64,000 bases of DNA, from contig OZ024743.1 in the NCBI GenBank assembly GCA_964016885.1, positions 240,250,001 to 240,314,000 of the forward strand, read 5' to 3'. The notes below the pieces were generated by a model. It made no database searches. It had not been told where the DNA came from and saw only the letters and a program-made list of their open reading frames with translations. This document shows, in pieces, positions 26,724 to 40,879 of this stretch. Positions within the stretch are counted from its first letter, which is position 1. Each line of letters opens with the position of its first letter. The stretch comes from Eledone cirrhosa. Lineage: Eukaryota. The translations under genes were made by a program, and so were the position numbers.

Positions 26724-28557
26724 GATATCACTTCTCTCTTTCCTTATATTTATTTTATACCTGTTAACCATGAAAGAGAAAAAACTCGAACGTTCTCACA
26801 AATTCTCGCCTTGATTCACAGAATCGTGTTGGCACGTGTTCTCCACAATAAGCACCAAAGATCTACGTATAAAATCCCTACGCTTAGTCGAACTGATCCT
26901 ACCAGTAGCGTAAGGGCAAAGAATTCAAACCCTCATTACAGCTTTAACACGTGTGCTGTCACGTGACTCTTCAGACCGAACACCATCAATGACTTCCCAA
27001 ATAGATCGTATACTGTATTGTCAAATCATTCAGTAATCGATACCGAACGATCACACACACACACACAAACACATACAAACTCATATATACAAAGACACAC
27101 ACGCGCGCGCGCGCGCAAAGACACACACGCACGCACATACACAAGCACACACATATATATACACATATATGTGCGCAAATGTTTGTGTGTACATGTTGAA
27201 ATGTTGATGTGTACGTTCACACACACAATATTACGTTCTGAGTTCAAATCCTGCTGGTACAGAATTTGCTTTACATCTCCCCGTGGTCAATAAAGATAAG
27301 TACCAATTGTTGAGACCGCAATTAGGCCTGAATGAGTTCAATGATCAAAGTTGTTCAAGTCGTAACCATCTCGCCTTTTAGCACATAAAAGACTATATAC
27401 AATATATATCCTTTTTTAAGAGCCATAGGTGAGGTTTGCAGAAAACTTTGCGGGGGTTTAAGTTACACTAGTGGACCAGTTCCGTCTATAATGACACCAA
27501 TAACATTGAATATATTTAATTTTTGTAGTCCAGGATTCGTATATCATATATACCAGGGTTACCATATATATAATCAGTTATACAAACTGGGAAATTTGTT
27601 TTGTTTTGTTTCTATAAATACCAGATATATAAGTAATTATACAAACAGGGAAATTTGTTTTGTTTTGTTTCTATAAATTAATGGTTTGCATAAGAGAAAC
27701 CTTATATTTTTTTGCTGTTGAATACTGACAAGTGAAAGTGATTAAAGATTAAAATGTTATTTTAATAAACTTTATGAATTATCGAAATGCTGAAAGTTTG
27801 AAATTTGAGAATTTGGAAATGTTAGAGTAGCAAATGCAGAAAATAACTATAATAATAGTCGATTACGTTAAATAATAGCCGACAAAATAGGGTAAGTAAC
27901 AAGGGACTATTTTTTCTGTTATTATCTCTAAAGATCTGTAGACTGTTATTTTGAGATTCTCACAATACTAAATTCTCAGATATGTTAATAATATATTTCT
28001 ATACTTACATAAATGTTCAGCATTTATGTACAAAATACATACATGATTACATGTATGTGTAATTTTGGAGAAATAACCATTTACAGCGACAAATGTAACG
28101 TTCAAACCCAGGACCTTGTGACTGGAATGCAAACTTATTGTAGCAACATGAATGATAGAGTATTGTGCATACGCCATACATCTTAAAAGTTACAGATCGG
28201 GATGTATATAAATATACAAACACATGGTGTATTTTGGCGGATACTAACAGCTGGGTTCCGGGTTTGCCTGGGTATATTAATACCGAAAATAAATATAATA
28301 GCATGACTTTCCCTTATTTTGGACAGATTACTTTAAAAATATATTGACAATTTTCAGTTGGTCCAGAAAGGTTGTTTTACTTAAAATTCTTCCAGGGAAG
28401 AAGACAGAGAATAAGAGAAAGAGGGTGAGAAAATATACAGAGAGGAAGAATCACCCCCAGTTCTATACGGCTTTGAAAGGATGGAAAGCAAAGATGATCC
28501 GAGAATATTTTTAACTCAGGGCGCTGAGAGCCGGAATGAATTTCACAATACATTCTA

Positions 28558-28755
28558 CAGACCCACCAACCTCTCAAAAACCCAAACGGGGTGTACCATG
28601 AAAGAAAAGTGCCCTAAATCGGGGAGAAATGAGCAAAATGGGGAGATTTTACATAATGAAAGCTATACCCATTTTCACAAGAGAAGATATCTCCCACCCA
28701 CCCCAAAGTATGTGGGAGATCTCCCCGTCGGACAGGGAGAGTTGACAGGTCTGCA
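28558..28755. mobile_element. MITE, same family as 16213-16386
   Basis: Shared internal sequence (aaatggggagattttaca...ttttcacaagagaagatatct) and the TTGACAGGTCTGCA end. Confidence 0.75.
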
Positions 28756-29124
28756 TTATATTTAACATTGTAACGGTTCTGCTAATTTACCACCAATTTA
28801 CTATAAATATCAATAGTCGTATACTGTAGGAATTCAAGCAACTAGACTTCATGGTGGTAACTTTTCTTACTGTCAGTTAAGTGAACTAAGGACTTTTACG
28901 GAGTGAGCTTAAAATAATAATTTGTTCTACTAGAAACAGCAGCCAAATTTCCTTCAAACCACACTTTATAACGTCTTATAAAAGGATGAACAATACTGAA
29001 TAAATAATAGAGTCACAGATATAAAATAGAAAAAAAGACGAGATGGTTACAGCTGAAATATATTTCATTTAAACGTTTACGGGATTAAAGTTGACTTGGA
29101 GATAAACATCAACATTGACCCGAA

Positions 29125-29332
29125 ATACTAATTTCGAATTTTGACAAAAGGCAGCAAATTCGGGGGAAGTGTAAATCGAATTAAATCAACCCCAGTACTC
29201 GTCTGGTATTTTATTTTATCGACCCCAGAAGGATGAAAGTTAACCTTAGAGGAATTTGAACTGAGAATGTAAAAAGCCAGAAAAAATACCAGAAAAAATA
29301 ATGACATTTTTTCCGACGCTCTACCAATTCTG
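29125..29332 (-). mobile_element. tRNA-derived SINE
   Basis: Family core ttttatcgaccccagaaggatgaaagttaacc...atttgaact. Confidence 0.7.
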
Positions 29333-29784
29333 CGAATCGAAACACGAAGACGTCGGTGGCGACCCAACGATCCATGAATGCGTCACCGCCTCCATAACCA
29401 TCGCCGCCGCCACTACCTAATACAACGTATCATTCTTTAACCCTTCTTATTTTCTTATCCTCCCCCCTCTCTCACTCAATTATTGTTTATTTCCATATTT
29501 CTCTTTGTTGTCACCCCTCTCTTCTTTCATTCTCCCCCTCCCCCTCTTCTCTAATGTCTCACTCAACTGATGACACACTCAAACACATTTTCACACACAC
29601 AGAGAAACATCTATTTTCGTATATACATATACACATATGCTCATACACACAGACACCCATTTTTGTACATATACACACACAATCTTACCCTTTTTTTGTG
29701 CATATATACACGCATACAATGCCCATTTTCGTACATACATATATGCATATATACACAATCATTTTCGTACAGATACATACACCC

Positions 29785-29900
29785 ACACGTGTGTGGGTGC
29801 CTCTCTCTGTCAGTAACTATCTACACGTGTGTGGGTGCCTCTCTCTGTCAGTAACTCTCTACACGTGTGTGGGTGCCTCTCTCTGTCAGTAACTATCTAC
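29785..29900. repeat. 38-bp tandem repeat, 3 copies
   Basis: ACACGTGTGTGGGTGCCTCTCTCTGTCAGTAACTATCT starting at 29785, 29823 and 29861. Confidence 0.95.
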
Positions 29901-29952
29901 CGCAAACGAATTATATATGTAAATATGTTTATCAGATTTACTGAAGCCCTTA

Positions 29953-30141
29953 ATAATTGTTTCTACATTTGGAACAAGGCCAGCAATTACCCAGTACATT
30001 ACTGGTACTTTATTTTATCGACCCCGTAAGGATGAAAGGCAAAGTTAACCTCGGCGGGATTTGAACTCAGACCATAAAGGGCCGTAACTCTTTGCTGTAA
30101 AGCATGGCGTCTGACCCTTTACCGATACTGCCAATCCACCG
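29953..30141 (-). mobile_element. tRNA-derived SINE (young subfamily)
   Basis: Near-identical to the copies at 16657-16839 and 62284-62466. Confidence 0.9.
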
Positions 30142-31960
30142 TAGTGTTTATATATATATATGGAGTTTCTGGGAAGAGATAGAAATCAATTTTATTTTCT
30201 GTGAATTTAAGTATAATTTACACATGGGTTGTGGGAAATCTATAGATTTATTCGATATTACATTATACCGTATATCATTTTTCCGTACCCGCATGATACA
30301 TACGCTTACACGCATGTGCACATGTATACCCCCATACACATACATGCGCAAGCTTACTCCATCAGTAATACAAGCATGACGAACACTCTCACCACCACGA
30401 CACTAGTACGACCTCCGTCTCGTCTCTACTGTACAGCTACAGCCACTACCATTATTACTAATTTCCCCACCATTGCACCATCAACGCAACAAGCATCACT
30501 AATAGCGCCACCACCACCACCACCACCATCAGTGCAACCTCCATCATCACTACCACCACCACCACCACCACCACCAGTGCAACCTCCATCACCACTACCA
30601 TCACACCATCAGTGCCATCCCCACCACCACAACCATTACATCATCAATGCAATTACCTTCACTACTATCACCACTACAGCCCACACCACCAGCATCATCA
30701 CTGCCATCTCCACCATCAGAAAATCGGTGCAACCAGCACCACGACCATTTCACCATCAACACAACCACCATCACTAATATTACCAACACCACCACCATTA
30801 AACCATCAATGCAACTTCCTTCACTAATATCAATACTACGGCCACCCTCATCACCATTACTGTCATCACCATCACCATCACCATCACGATCATCATTACC
30901 AATACCACTCCGGTCGGTAAGGTAAATCCCTTTTAGATGTGTCACGTGTCGCAATCATTCACCTGTGACGAAAGCCAACCAACCAAACAGCCACGCGAGG
31001 CCAACTGACGTAGCAGTACCGGTCTTTGACTGCAGGTGGGAGCCTTGTTTAACAGGATAGCTACCCGGATTTTACAAAACAGACACCCCCAATTAAATGT
31101 TTTGTCATGACTATTGAGTTTAAGAGTGTATGAGTGTCCGTGATTTTGTATGCATGCGGGTTTTGTGTGGTGTGTGTGTGTTTGAATGATTGCGGCTGGC
31201 GACGATGTGGATGCGTGTATTTATGTGCGCCTGTTTCAAAGACTGCAGGCTGGTGGGGACAGTGTTTGCATACATATAGTAAGCGTTTTTGTATTTACGT
31301 ATGTCTGTATGCCGCTGTAGCCATGTCTGTAAGGAGTTTATTTAGAAATTGTGTGTGTCCGGATTCGATTCTATTGCGCGACATATAGGCCAAGTGATTT
31401 GTAGCTAAGCCTAATATCGATCAAAGCCCTGTTGTGGTACATGAAACTGTGCGAGACCTGGGGGTGTCATTCTGCTATATACTGTTAAGAATGTGTGTGT
31501 ATGTGTGTGTATGTGTGTGTGTGTGTGTGTGTATGTGTGTGTGTGTGTTGAGGAAGGGAGAACCTGTAAGTTTGCCGCATGCCCAGCGAGTAGACTAGCA
31601 TATAATGTTTACCAAACAGTTAACGATATTGTCTAACGCAGAAGTCTCAAACATGCCGCCAGCAAACTACTTTTCTATGATCCGCAGCAGAACAATTTTC
31701 TCTTCCCTGTTTTAATACTTATAATTCAATTTATTGCAATTTACCTATAAAATACAATAAAATGAAAAACAAATGGATCTATCAAAAGTGAAAACAGAAA
31801 AATGGAAATTTACCAAAATGAAATAACGAAATTAAGGAAATTTGGAAATGGAAAATGTATCACTCTTTTTGTACTATTCCAGAAATTCCACTTACTATCA
31901 TAAAAAATGAATAACAGCCTATCAGCTGTATTGCGGATTAGCATTATAATAGGGGGATTA

Positions 31961-32323
31961 ATGGCGGTGGATTGGCAGTATCGGTAGAGGGTCGGACGCC
32001 ATGCTTTGATGCATAGAGTTACGGCCCTTGCTATTCTGAGTTCAAATCCCGCCGAGGTTAACTTTGCCTTTCATCCTTACGGGGTCGATAAAATAAAGTA
32101 CCAGTAATGTACTGGGTAATTTCTGGCCTTGTGCCAATAGTAGAAACAATTATAATAGGGGGATTGGCAGTATCGGTAGAGGGTCGGGCGCCATGCTTTA
32201 CAGTCTGAGTTCAAATCCCGCCGAGGTTAACTTTGCCTTTCATCCTTACGGGGTCGATAAAATAAAGTACCAGTAATGCACTGGGTAATTGCTGGCCTTG
32301 TGCCAAAAGTAGAAACAATTATA
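31961..32323 (+). mobile_element. Tandem dimer of the tRNA-derived SINE
   Basis: Two copies, each with A-box TGGCAGTATCGG and B-box GAGTTCAAATCC. ATTATAAT(A/T)GGGGG occurs before, between and after the copies. The second copy has an internal deletion. Confidence 0.9.
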
Positions 32324-33184
32324 ATTGGGGGAAGTCCCGTCTCCCTACATCTCACTTTCGGGCTGCTGTGCTTCTCCTCCAGGATGTAAATGCCCTTTTG
32401 AGTTCTTGAGTTTAACATATAGATCAGTATACGTTAGTTTATACGGGGAAAATAACTTAATTGAAAAGCAAGTATAATTTTCATAATTAACAGATACGAT
32501 AAAGTATACAGGGACAGTAAGTCCGTGCGTCACAAAGCTCGTTAGTGCTGCTTCTATAGTTAAGAGATGGAATTTATTACAAAGTAGAATTTATAACATA
32601 TCAGGAAACGGGGAATATCAAGACCATCATTTTCATCTTGAGGAATTTCCTTATAAACATGGAAAATGTTATTACTTAGCTGAAAACCAATTTGAAATCA
32701 GCATTAAAAATAAGGTAAAGAGGAGTAGAGAGAGAACGAGCAAAGGAAAAAGTGGGTGGGCCAACTTTACACTCTTGGCTAGGCAGTGTATCTCACTGCT
32801 CCTCCCGATGACATGAGGGCAAAAGCGATATCCACTGCATTAGCCACAGGTCGAATTCTACACTCATCGGCTAGACGGTATTCATCGAATCAGCTTATCT
32901 TAAAATAAGACAAACAACGGTAAGTGGGGATAAACCTGACACTATATATTCTTCGGAAACTTGTGATGGTGGTGGCAGCAGCAGATCTAAGTAAGCTGAC
33001 GTTAATGGGGATGCATTTTCAAATATTGTCTGAAAATACCTTTTAAGGTTTTTAAGCTTAGCTGCTTCCTATATTGTGATATTTTTTTAATTAATTATCC
33101 CGCATTATTTCATACCCATTTGTTAAAATGCTTTGCTCTAGACCTTTTAAGTCTAAAGTGTAAAGTCTGTCTTAAACCAGAAGG

Positions 33185-33436
33185 CCATTTGACCGGTGCT
33201 TATCCCGGTTTCATGGCGTGAAGCGACTGAGAGTACAAGACTCCCCCCTGGACAGGACGCCAGTCCATCGCAGGGTTAAACCTCCAGCTATTGCTGGTAC
33301 TCATTTTCAGCTGAGTATACTGGAGCAACATGAACTGAAGTGTTTTGCTCAAGAACACAATACGCAGCCCAGGAATCGAACCCACGATATTATGATCGTA
33401 AGTCCAACACTCTTACCACTAGACCCACGTGCCTCC
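33185..33436 (-). mobile_element. Second tRNA-derived SINE family
   Basis: Minus strand has a tRNA-like head (TAGTGGTAAGAGTG...GGTTCGATTCC), then TTCTTGAGCAAAACACTT and AACCCTGCGATGGACTGGCGTCCTGTCCAGGGG. Confidence 0.8.
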
Positions 33437-34954
33437 ACCTATATCCTTTTAACTATCAGCTAAACTATCAGCTAAATCAACTTATCATTAGAGATTATTT
33501 ATGCTACATATTCCCAATTTTCATCATTGCTTCCTTCTCCATCCCTTTCTTTTTCCAGATTTCCAACCATCTGCACAATTTATGAGTTAGTTTAATGAGA
33601 GATATTTGTCACAACATTATCTCCATCCACCCATCCTTAACATTTTCTCTATCTCTATTCCTTCCGTAACACCACTTACAATCACTCGTATATTATTCAC
33701 TCTGCCCATCCTTACTGCAAGATCCTTGACAAAAGGATTATTTATAGATTGATCCAAATAAAGTAGATCAGGTATAATCCGATTTTTCCTTAAAACCCTA
33801 AATTCTCTTAAAGCATTTGCAGTTTCATCATCAGGAAAGCTGGTTACAATTTATGCCATCCATTCTTGGTGAGGAGACCTCTGCAGACATCCAAACACTG
33901 GTAGTGCATTAGACCCTTTATTTCCAAATCAATTTTTGAAAGAACTACTGTACTTGACTAGCAGAGTTATCTACCTTCAGCAGACGCCTCATAAACAATG
34001 AATGAAACTTAAACTTAAGATCACACAATATTTCATTGTCCAGGTGCTGAGTTAATGACGTACAGGTTGGTGGAAAACATTTATTACAGAATGGAAAACA
34101 TTTATTACAGAATATTTGTCTAAAATAGGTATTATCATAGAATTGTGATCCATTTTAATGTAATGTTCGTTTTTACTAACATTTATGTTGATACGGTCAA
34201 TCACTAGAAATAGTGCCCTATATTTGAAGGTTCTGAAACCTAAATATTTGGCAATGACCAGCAATTTAGAGTTGTAGGTTACTACAGTAATAGACCAGTA
34301 CACCTCAGTACAGTGACATGATCGTTCAATATTTTATAACTTGTTTGTGATTCTGCATTGTCAGTCTTCATTGTTATTGTTAAAGTACAATGCAAGGTAG
34401 TCACATCAACATTGAAAATCTACCTGCTCAGGACTTAGTTTTTCACCAGAGACTCGGGGTACCCCTCAATAAATGCAGCATCTATTTCTTTGTCTATTGT
34501 ATGATTTCAACTATAAGCAGTACGATATATTAATCCAAATAACTACATGAAGTAACGACGCCAGCTTTTACACGAGAAGAGTATAATGAAGTTTATAGCA
34601 TCATAGAGGTGGACTACCAACGCCGCCGCGAGACCTACATAATTTTTATGAAGTAGAAAATACTCCATCAATAATGCCTAAATGATATTGACATCAACTA
34701 TCTACATACATATATGTATACACACACTCACACACACACACACACACATATATATGTGTGTGTACATATATATACACATATATTTATACATATATATACA
34801 TATATATATACACATATATATACATATATATACATATATATACATATATATATTTATATATATATATATATATATACATATATATATACACACATATATA
34901 CATATATATACACACATTTATATACGCACACACACACACATATATATATAACCA

Positions 34955-37580
34955 TGAAAGAAAAATAATTAATAACAGATTCAAACGAAATCAAACATCA
35001 GTCTATAGATATAGGAAGCCCAAATTAATAAATGTCTCAGAAAAAATAAGATTCCTTCTGGAGAAAAGTATGGGATGAAAAGAAAAAAATTTAACCAAGA
35101 TACAGTATGGCTAAAAGAAATCCAGAAGAACTACAGCCCCTACACTACAACAAAAAGATACAGAATAAATGATGATACACTTGAGACTGTGATAGGAAAT
35201 CTCTAAGATAAGAAAACACCAGGAAGAGACTTAATTGTCGGCTACTGGTACAAAAACTGACATTCTATCGGATGTATCTTCTCAACTTCTACCAGCTAAC
35301 TGTCAAGGGAGATGCACACCTACCAGGGGGGTTGACATTAGCACAAACAATATTGGTCCCCAGGAACAAAGACAACCACTTGGCAAAAAACTACCGACCC
35401 ATTGCATGCCAGGACATAGTGTATAAAATGTATACAGCCTACCCGAACCTATTTCTCCAGGAGCACTGCGACGGTAATAACATCATCACAGATGGGAAAG
35501 CAGCTTGGAAGAAAGGTGTTTGGGAGTGTGCTGAACAACTCCTAATTATCAAAATCGCGATGTCTGAGGTGCAATCACTTAGGAGGTATATGGTTACAGT
35601 CTGGCTGGACTACAGGAAAGCATTTAATTTTGTTTTCCACGATTGGATGATAAAGGCCCTCCAACTTGCTAAAGTCCTAGACATCATTATCAGAGCCATA
35701 GAAAACCTATCTTATTGGGCTACTATGCTAAAGTTAAAAGCAGAGAAGGACTCTATTTTCACTGATAAAGTAAAATATCACAGGGGTATATTTCAAGGAG
35801 ACAGTTTCTATGCTACTATTTATTCTGTCATTAAACCAATTGTCCTTTCTGCTCAAGAAATATGAGGAATACATAATTGGCTCGCAGGAGGTCAGAAATG
35901 TGAACCTAACCCATAATTCATTTGTGGATGACCTGAAACTCTCTGCCTAGACCGTAAATGGAATGAAGAAGAATCTTGACCTGGTAACGACGTTCTCAAA
36001 GGATATAGGAATGGAGTTTGGCCAGGATAAATGTTCATATATGATTGTAAAGCGGGGGAAAACTACAAGCTGATCTAGCAACATTTTTATCAATAGCCTA
36101 ACTGTTTCACAGATAAGGGACGAGGACTGCTAGAGATACCTAGGGAGAGATGAGAATATATCCCATGATGGTATTTGTAACAAGGAACGTGTAACCAGGG
36201 AATATTACACACGATTAAAAAACTATACACACAATAAAACAGTAGCTTACAATGTGTTTGATGTGTCTGTCCTAACACCAACGTTTGGAATACTCGATTG
36301 GACGATAGACGAAATCCGAGCAATTAATGTTAGGACTCGAAAAATACTAAACAACACCAGAAACTTCCACATCAACAGTGATATAGACCGCCTCTACTTG
36401 AAACGTAAGCAGGGAGGCAGAAGTCTAACATCAGTTCAGACAGCATTTGAGTGTTGCATCACATCCCTTCGATAACATCTAAGAACCTGCAAGCGTAGGA
36501 GTCCATCTATTGAGCAAATCTGTCTGCATGAGGCAGATAAGATCATGTGTGTTGGAAAGGAACTCCTTGCATGATAATCAAAAACTCTCATCCAGGAATC
36601 CATAGATGCAAAACTTCATGCTTATCAACAAAAGAAATAAGCATGGATATGTTGCCAGGAAGCTCCAGAGTGAGAGTAATATAGATAAGCAAAGTAGTCT
36701 ATCTTGGACCAACAGCCGCTATGTTGGCTCTCACTTTGAAGGATATGCTTTGGCAATCCAAGAACAGGAAATCAATACAAAATACTTGATTCACAAAAGA
36801 GATAGGGATGCAGGCAAAACTCCTGGATGCGACAGCAAATGCAGACTACAGAATTAACATTGAAGATGTCACCCATGTCATAAGCAGCTGTCTAAAGATG
36901 TCCTCATGGTACTATCTACTCATGTAGTGGCCAAATCATTATACAACGCAATCCGTAGAAACGATAGCCCCGACAACAAACATATTAAAAGTTGCAGCAA
37001 TGTAGAAGACATATACATACATATGAAAGATTACTGGTGGAATGTTCCAATAAAAACCTCAATAAAATGCAGGCATAACAGACCAGATATAATGATATGA
37101 GACAGGAAAAATAAGATATGCACAGTTGGGGAAGTCAGCTGCCCAGCAGATGCTAATATAATATTAAGGATTTGTGAAAAGGAGCATATTTATGCAGAAC
37201 TAATGAGAAATCTGCAGATACTCCTGTGATTATCTTGAGAAGCTGGGTTTCACAGAACCAGAACACGACTAATTAGGAAATTACAAGTACAATCCATTAA
37301 TGGAACAGTAAAAATATGTAAAACATTCCAAAAATTCTGCATCTAATAACTGCATGTACACAAGTACAGATACAAAACATGTGCACATGTACACATGTAA
37401 CTCAAAACATATACATCCACACATACAGTAACATATATACCTGTATTCACACGCATGCGTGCAGACGTGCATACATATCTACCTAGTTGATGTCTAAATT
37501 CCATAGATTTGTGTCTATGTTAGAAACCGACTCTCTCTCTCTCTCTATTGGTAAACATTTATAAAGTACGAAACCAGAAG
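34955..37580 (+). mobile_element. Decayed R4/Dong-type non-LTR retrotransposon (RT, CCHC, restriction-like endonuclease)
   Basis: KNYRPIAC, WLDYRKAF, RGIFQGDS, FVDDLKL, CR..EDVTHVISSC and HNRPDIMI..EVSCP (PD-(D/E)xK type), with many stops. Ends in (CATA)n. Confidence 0.85.
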
Positions 37581-37635
37581 AACATACATACATAAATATA
37601 TACATACATACATAAATACATACATACATACACAA

Positions 37636-37830
37636 GTTATATACTTGGATTTGTGGACAAAGAACGCAGCTCCCTAATTCATAGACTACAAATAGCTGCG
37701 ATAGCTGGTACCTTCAAAATTTGCAAAACTTTCTTGCGATTCAAGGGATGACAATTTCTTTTCTTTTACAACCTTGCCAACAGGAAGGTGGCCAGTCAAA
37801 AATGTACTCGAAATTAAGAGAAAGAAAAAC
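37636..37830 (+). mobile_element. Second, 5'-truncated R4/Dong-like 3' end
   Basis: LGFVDKERSSLIHRLQIAAIAGTFKICKTFLRF* is homologous to the C-terminus of the previous element and is also flanked by ACATAC repeats. Confidence 0.65.
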
Positions 37831-38187
37831 ATACTTACATATATGTAGTTAACACTGCACCAATGTCTATATAAATATACACATATCTAATATTTAGGCA
37901 TGTAAATATACCAGAAAGTACGAATTTCCCAGTAAATTAAAAACAAATGATAAACACCTTTGATCGATTTTCCGGTCAGTCAAGTCTATCCACTCTGCAT
38001 TTATACAGATATAATGTTATCGTACACCTCGCCGACTAGTTCACTTCTAATTGTATATCTTAATTACCAACACGAGCGCTACTTATATGCCAGTTAGTAC
38101 GTCCATTTCAGAGTAACGCTAAGAGTGAATGGGTACATAAACCTACCAAATATATATTTCCTTGTGGTTGTTTGGATGATATAGACT

Positions 38188-38230
38188 CGTTCTGATGAAG
38201 GCCCAATTAGCCCCGAAAATCGATTAAAGG
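38188..38230 (+). ncRNA. Minimal type-I hammerhead-like motif (copies at ~40633-40675 and ~43074-43116)
   Basis: CTGATGA-AGGCCCAATTAGCCCC-GAAA-ATCGAT-TA with palindromic stem III ATCGAT. It lies in an old PLE pLTR with inverted segments 37857-37985 and 38210-38315. Confidence 0.6.
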
Positions 38231-38398
38231 ATTTTATGATATTACAGGGAAATTCGTATTTCCTGGCATATCTACGTGTTAGATATAAGTATATTTATAT
38301 ACACATTGGTGCAGGCTCAATTATCCTCTGTGTATTTATACAGATATAACATTATCGTACACTTCGGCTGCTAATGCACTTTATATACCCGGAATAAC

Positions 38399-38439
<41 letters not shown>

Positions 38440-38446
<7 letters not shown>

Positions 38447-38665
38447 GAACGATCGACGTTCGTCAAATCGGACCGAGGAAACAATGTTTCCGTTGGTCTT
38501 TCCAATTGCTAATACTTTCTATCGGTCGCAACTCCAGGTAGAAGTAGCAACGTGAAATAAAGTGTCTTGCTCAAGGACATAACGCATCGCCTGGTCCAGG
38601 AATCGAACTCACAACCTTACGATTGCGGCGAATCCAATACTCTAACCACTCTCCCACACGCCTTC
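38440..38665 (-). mobile_element. tRNA-derived SINE (repeated in each tandem unit)
   Basis: The minus strand has GTGGTTAGAGT...GAGTTCGATTCC followed by TCCTTGAGCAAGACACTT. Confidence 0.7.
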
Positions 38666-38745
38666 ATATATATATATATATATATATATAGGAGAGAATA
38701 CATGAAAAGAACATGCTTTTCGATTCATTTGATATATATATATAT

Positions 38746-39170
38746 CCAGGGGTGTAAATTGGAGTTACTGCAGGTTCACCCGGGAGAGCACTCGATGTTT
38801 AGGTTCACTTCTGTGATGAGGTGTAGAGCTATACAGAGTGTAATATATTGAAAGGATAACAAGGACGATTGGTTACTCCTTCATTACATTTATTGGTAGG
38901 TGACGCGCGTTTCGCCACTGATCAGCTCAAGGTTCGATCTGTATCGATCCTACCCGACTCAAAGATCGGCAGCTCGACGGACCCTTTAAAATTCTATAAA
39001 ATGCTATATTTTCTTATAGCATTTCAAAGGGTCCGTCGAGCTGCCGATCATTGAGTCGGGTAGGATCGATACAGATCGAACCTTGAGGTGATCAGTGGCG
39101 AAACGCGCGTCACCTACCAATAAATGTAATGAAGGAGTAACCAATCGTCCTTGTTATCCTTTCAATATAT
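38746..39170 (-). mobile_element. Fold-back element, family C (~160-bp arms 38843-39170 plus tail 38746-38842); copies at ~41181-41605 and ~43620-44045
   Basis: Near-perfect palindrome. Arms contain CTGATCAGTGGC-GAAAC-GCGC-GTC followed by AATAAA. The tail has ATCGAGTGCT on the minus strand. Flanked by (TA)n. Confidence 0.85.
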
Positions 39171-40843
39171 ATATATATATATATATTTTATAGAAGGAGC
39201 TTCTACAGGACTAGTACTGTTTCATTCAGATGAAATCTTCAGGAAGATTTCATCTGAATGAAAACTCCTGGATGCGACAGCAAATGCAGACTACAGAATT
39301 AACATTGAAGATGTCACCCATGTCATAAGCAGCTGTCTAAAGATGTCCTCATGGTACTATCTACTCATGTAGTGGCCAAATCATTATACAACGCAATCCG
39401 TAGAAACGATAGCCCCGACAACAAACATATTAAAAGTTGCAGCAATGTAGAAGACATATACATACATATGAAAGATTACTGGTGGAATGTTCCAATAAAA
39501 ACCTCAATAAAATGCAGGCATAACAGACCAGATATAATGATATGAGACAGGAAAAATAAGATATGCACAGTTGGGGAAGTCAGCTGCCCAGCAGATGCTA
39601 ATATAATATTAAGGATTTGTGAAAAGGAGCATATTTATGCAGAACTAATGAGAAATCTGCAGATACTCCTGTGATTATCTTGAGAAGCTGGGTTTCACAG
39701 AACCAGAACACGACTAATTAGGAAATTACAAGTACAATCCATTAATGGAACAGTAAAAATATGTAAAACATTCCAAAAATTCTGCATCTAATAACTGCAT
39801 GTACACAAGTACAGATACAAAACATGTGCACATGTACACATGTAACTCAAAACATATACATCCACACATACAGTAACATATATACCTGTATTCACACGCA
39901 TGCGTGCAGACGTGCATACATATCTACCTAGTTGATGTCTAAATTCCATAGATTTGTGTCTATGTTAGAAACCGACTCTCTCTCTCTCTCTATTGGTAAA
40001 CATTTATAAAGTACGAAACCAGAAGAACATACATACATAAATATATACATACATACATAAATACATACATACATACACAAGTTATATACTTGGATTTGTG
40101 GACAAAGAACGCAGCTCCCTAATTCATAGACTACAAATAGCTGCGATAGCTGGTACCTTCAAAATTTGCAAAACAGTCTTGCGATTCAAGGGATGACAAT
40201 TTCTTTTCTTTTACAACCTTGCCAACAGGAAGGTGGCCAGTCAAAAATGTACTCGAAATTAAGAGAAAGAAAAACATACTTACATATATGTAGTTAACAC
40301 TGCACCAATGTCTATATAAATATACACATATCTAATATTTAGGCATGTAAATATACCAGAAAGTACGAATTTCCCAGTAAATTAAAAACAAATGATAAAC
40401 ACCTTTGATCGATTTTCCGGTCAGTCAAGTCTATCCACTCTGCATTTATACAGATATAATGTTATCGTACACCTCGCCGACTAGTTCACTTCTAATTGTA
40501 TATCTTAATTACCAACACGAGCGCTACTTATATGCCAGTTAGTACGTCCATTTCAGAGTAACGCTAAGAGTGAATGGGTACATAAACCTACCAAATATAT
40601 ATTTCCTTGTGGTTGTTTGGATGATATAGACTCGTTCTGATGAAGGCCCAATTAGCCCCGAAAATCGATTAAAGGATTTTATGATATTACAGGGAAATTC
40701 GTATTTCCTGGCATATCTACGTGTTAGATATAAGTATATTTATATACACATTGGTGCAGGCTCAATTATCCTCTGTGTATTTATACAGATATAACATTAT
40801 CGTACACTTCGGCTGCTAATGCACTTTATATACCCGGAATAAC

Positions 40844-40879
<36 letters not shown>

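Noticed and set aside
30229-30954. Pro/Thr/His-rich ORFs with a possible splice donor near 30917
   Set aside because: Degenerate (CAC/CAT)n low-complexity sequence open in several frames, with no domain evidence.
30935-31060. CACGTG and TGACGT motifs suggesting a promoter or enhancer
   Set aside because: Short motifs expected by chance, with no linked gene.
31961-32060. tRNA genes at A/B-box motifs
   Set aside because: These are SINE heads followed by core and tail sequence, with no full cloverleaf.
34052-34500. Possible Helitron Rep remnant (VVTYNSKLL)
   Set aside because: Only a faint motif resemblance; it needs an HMM search.
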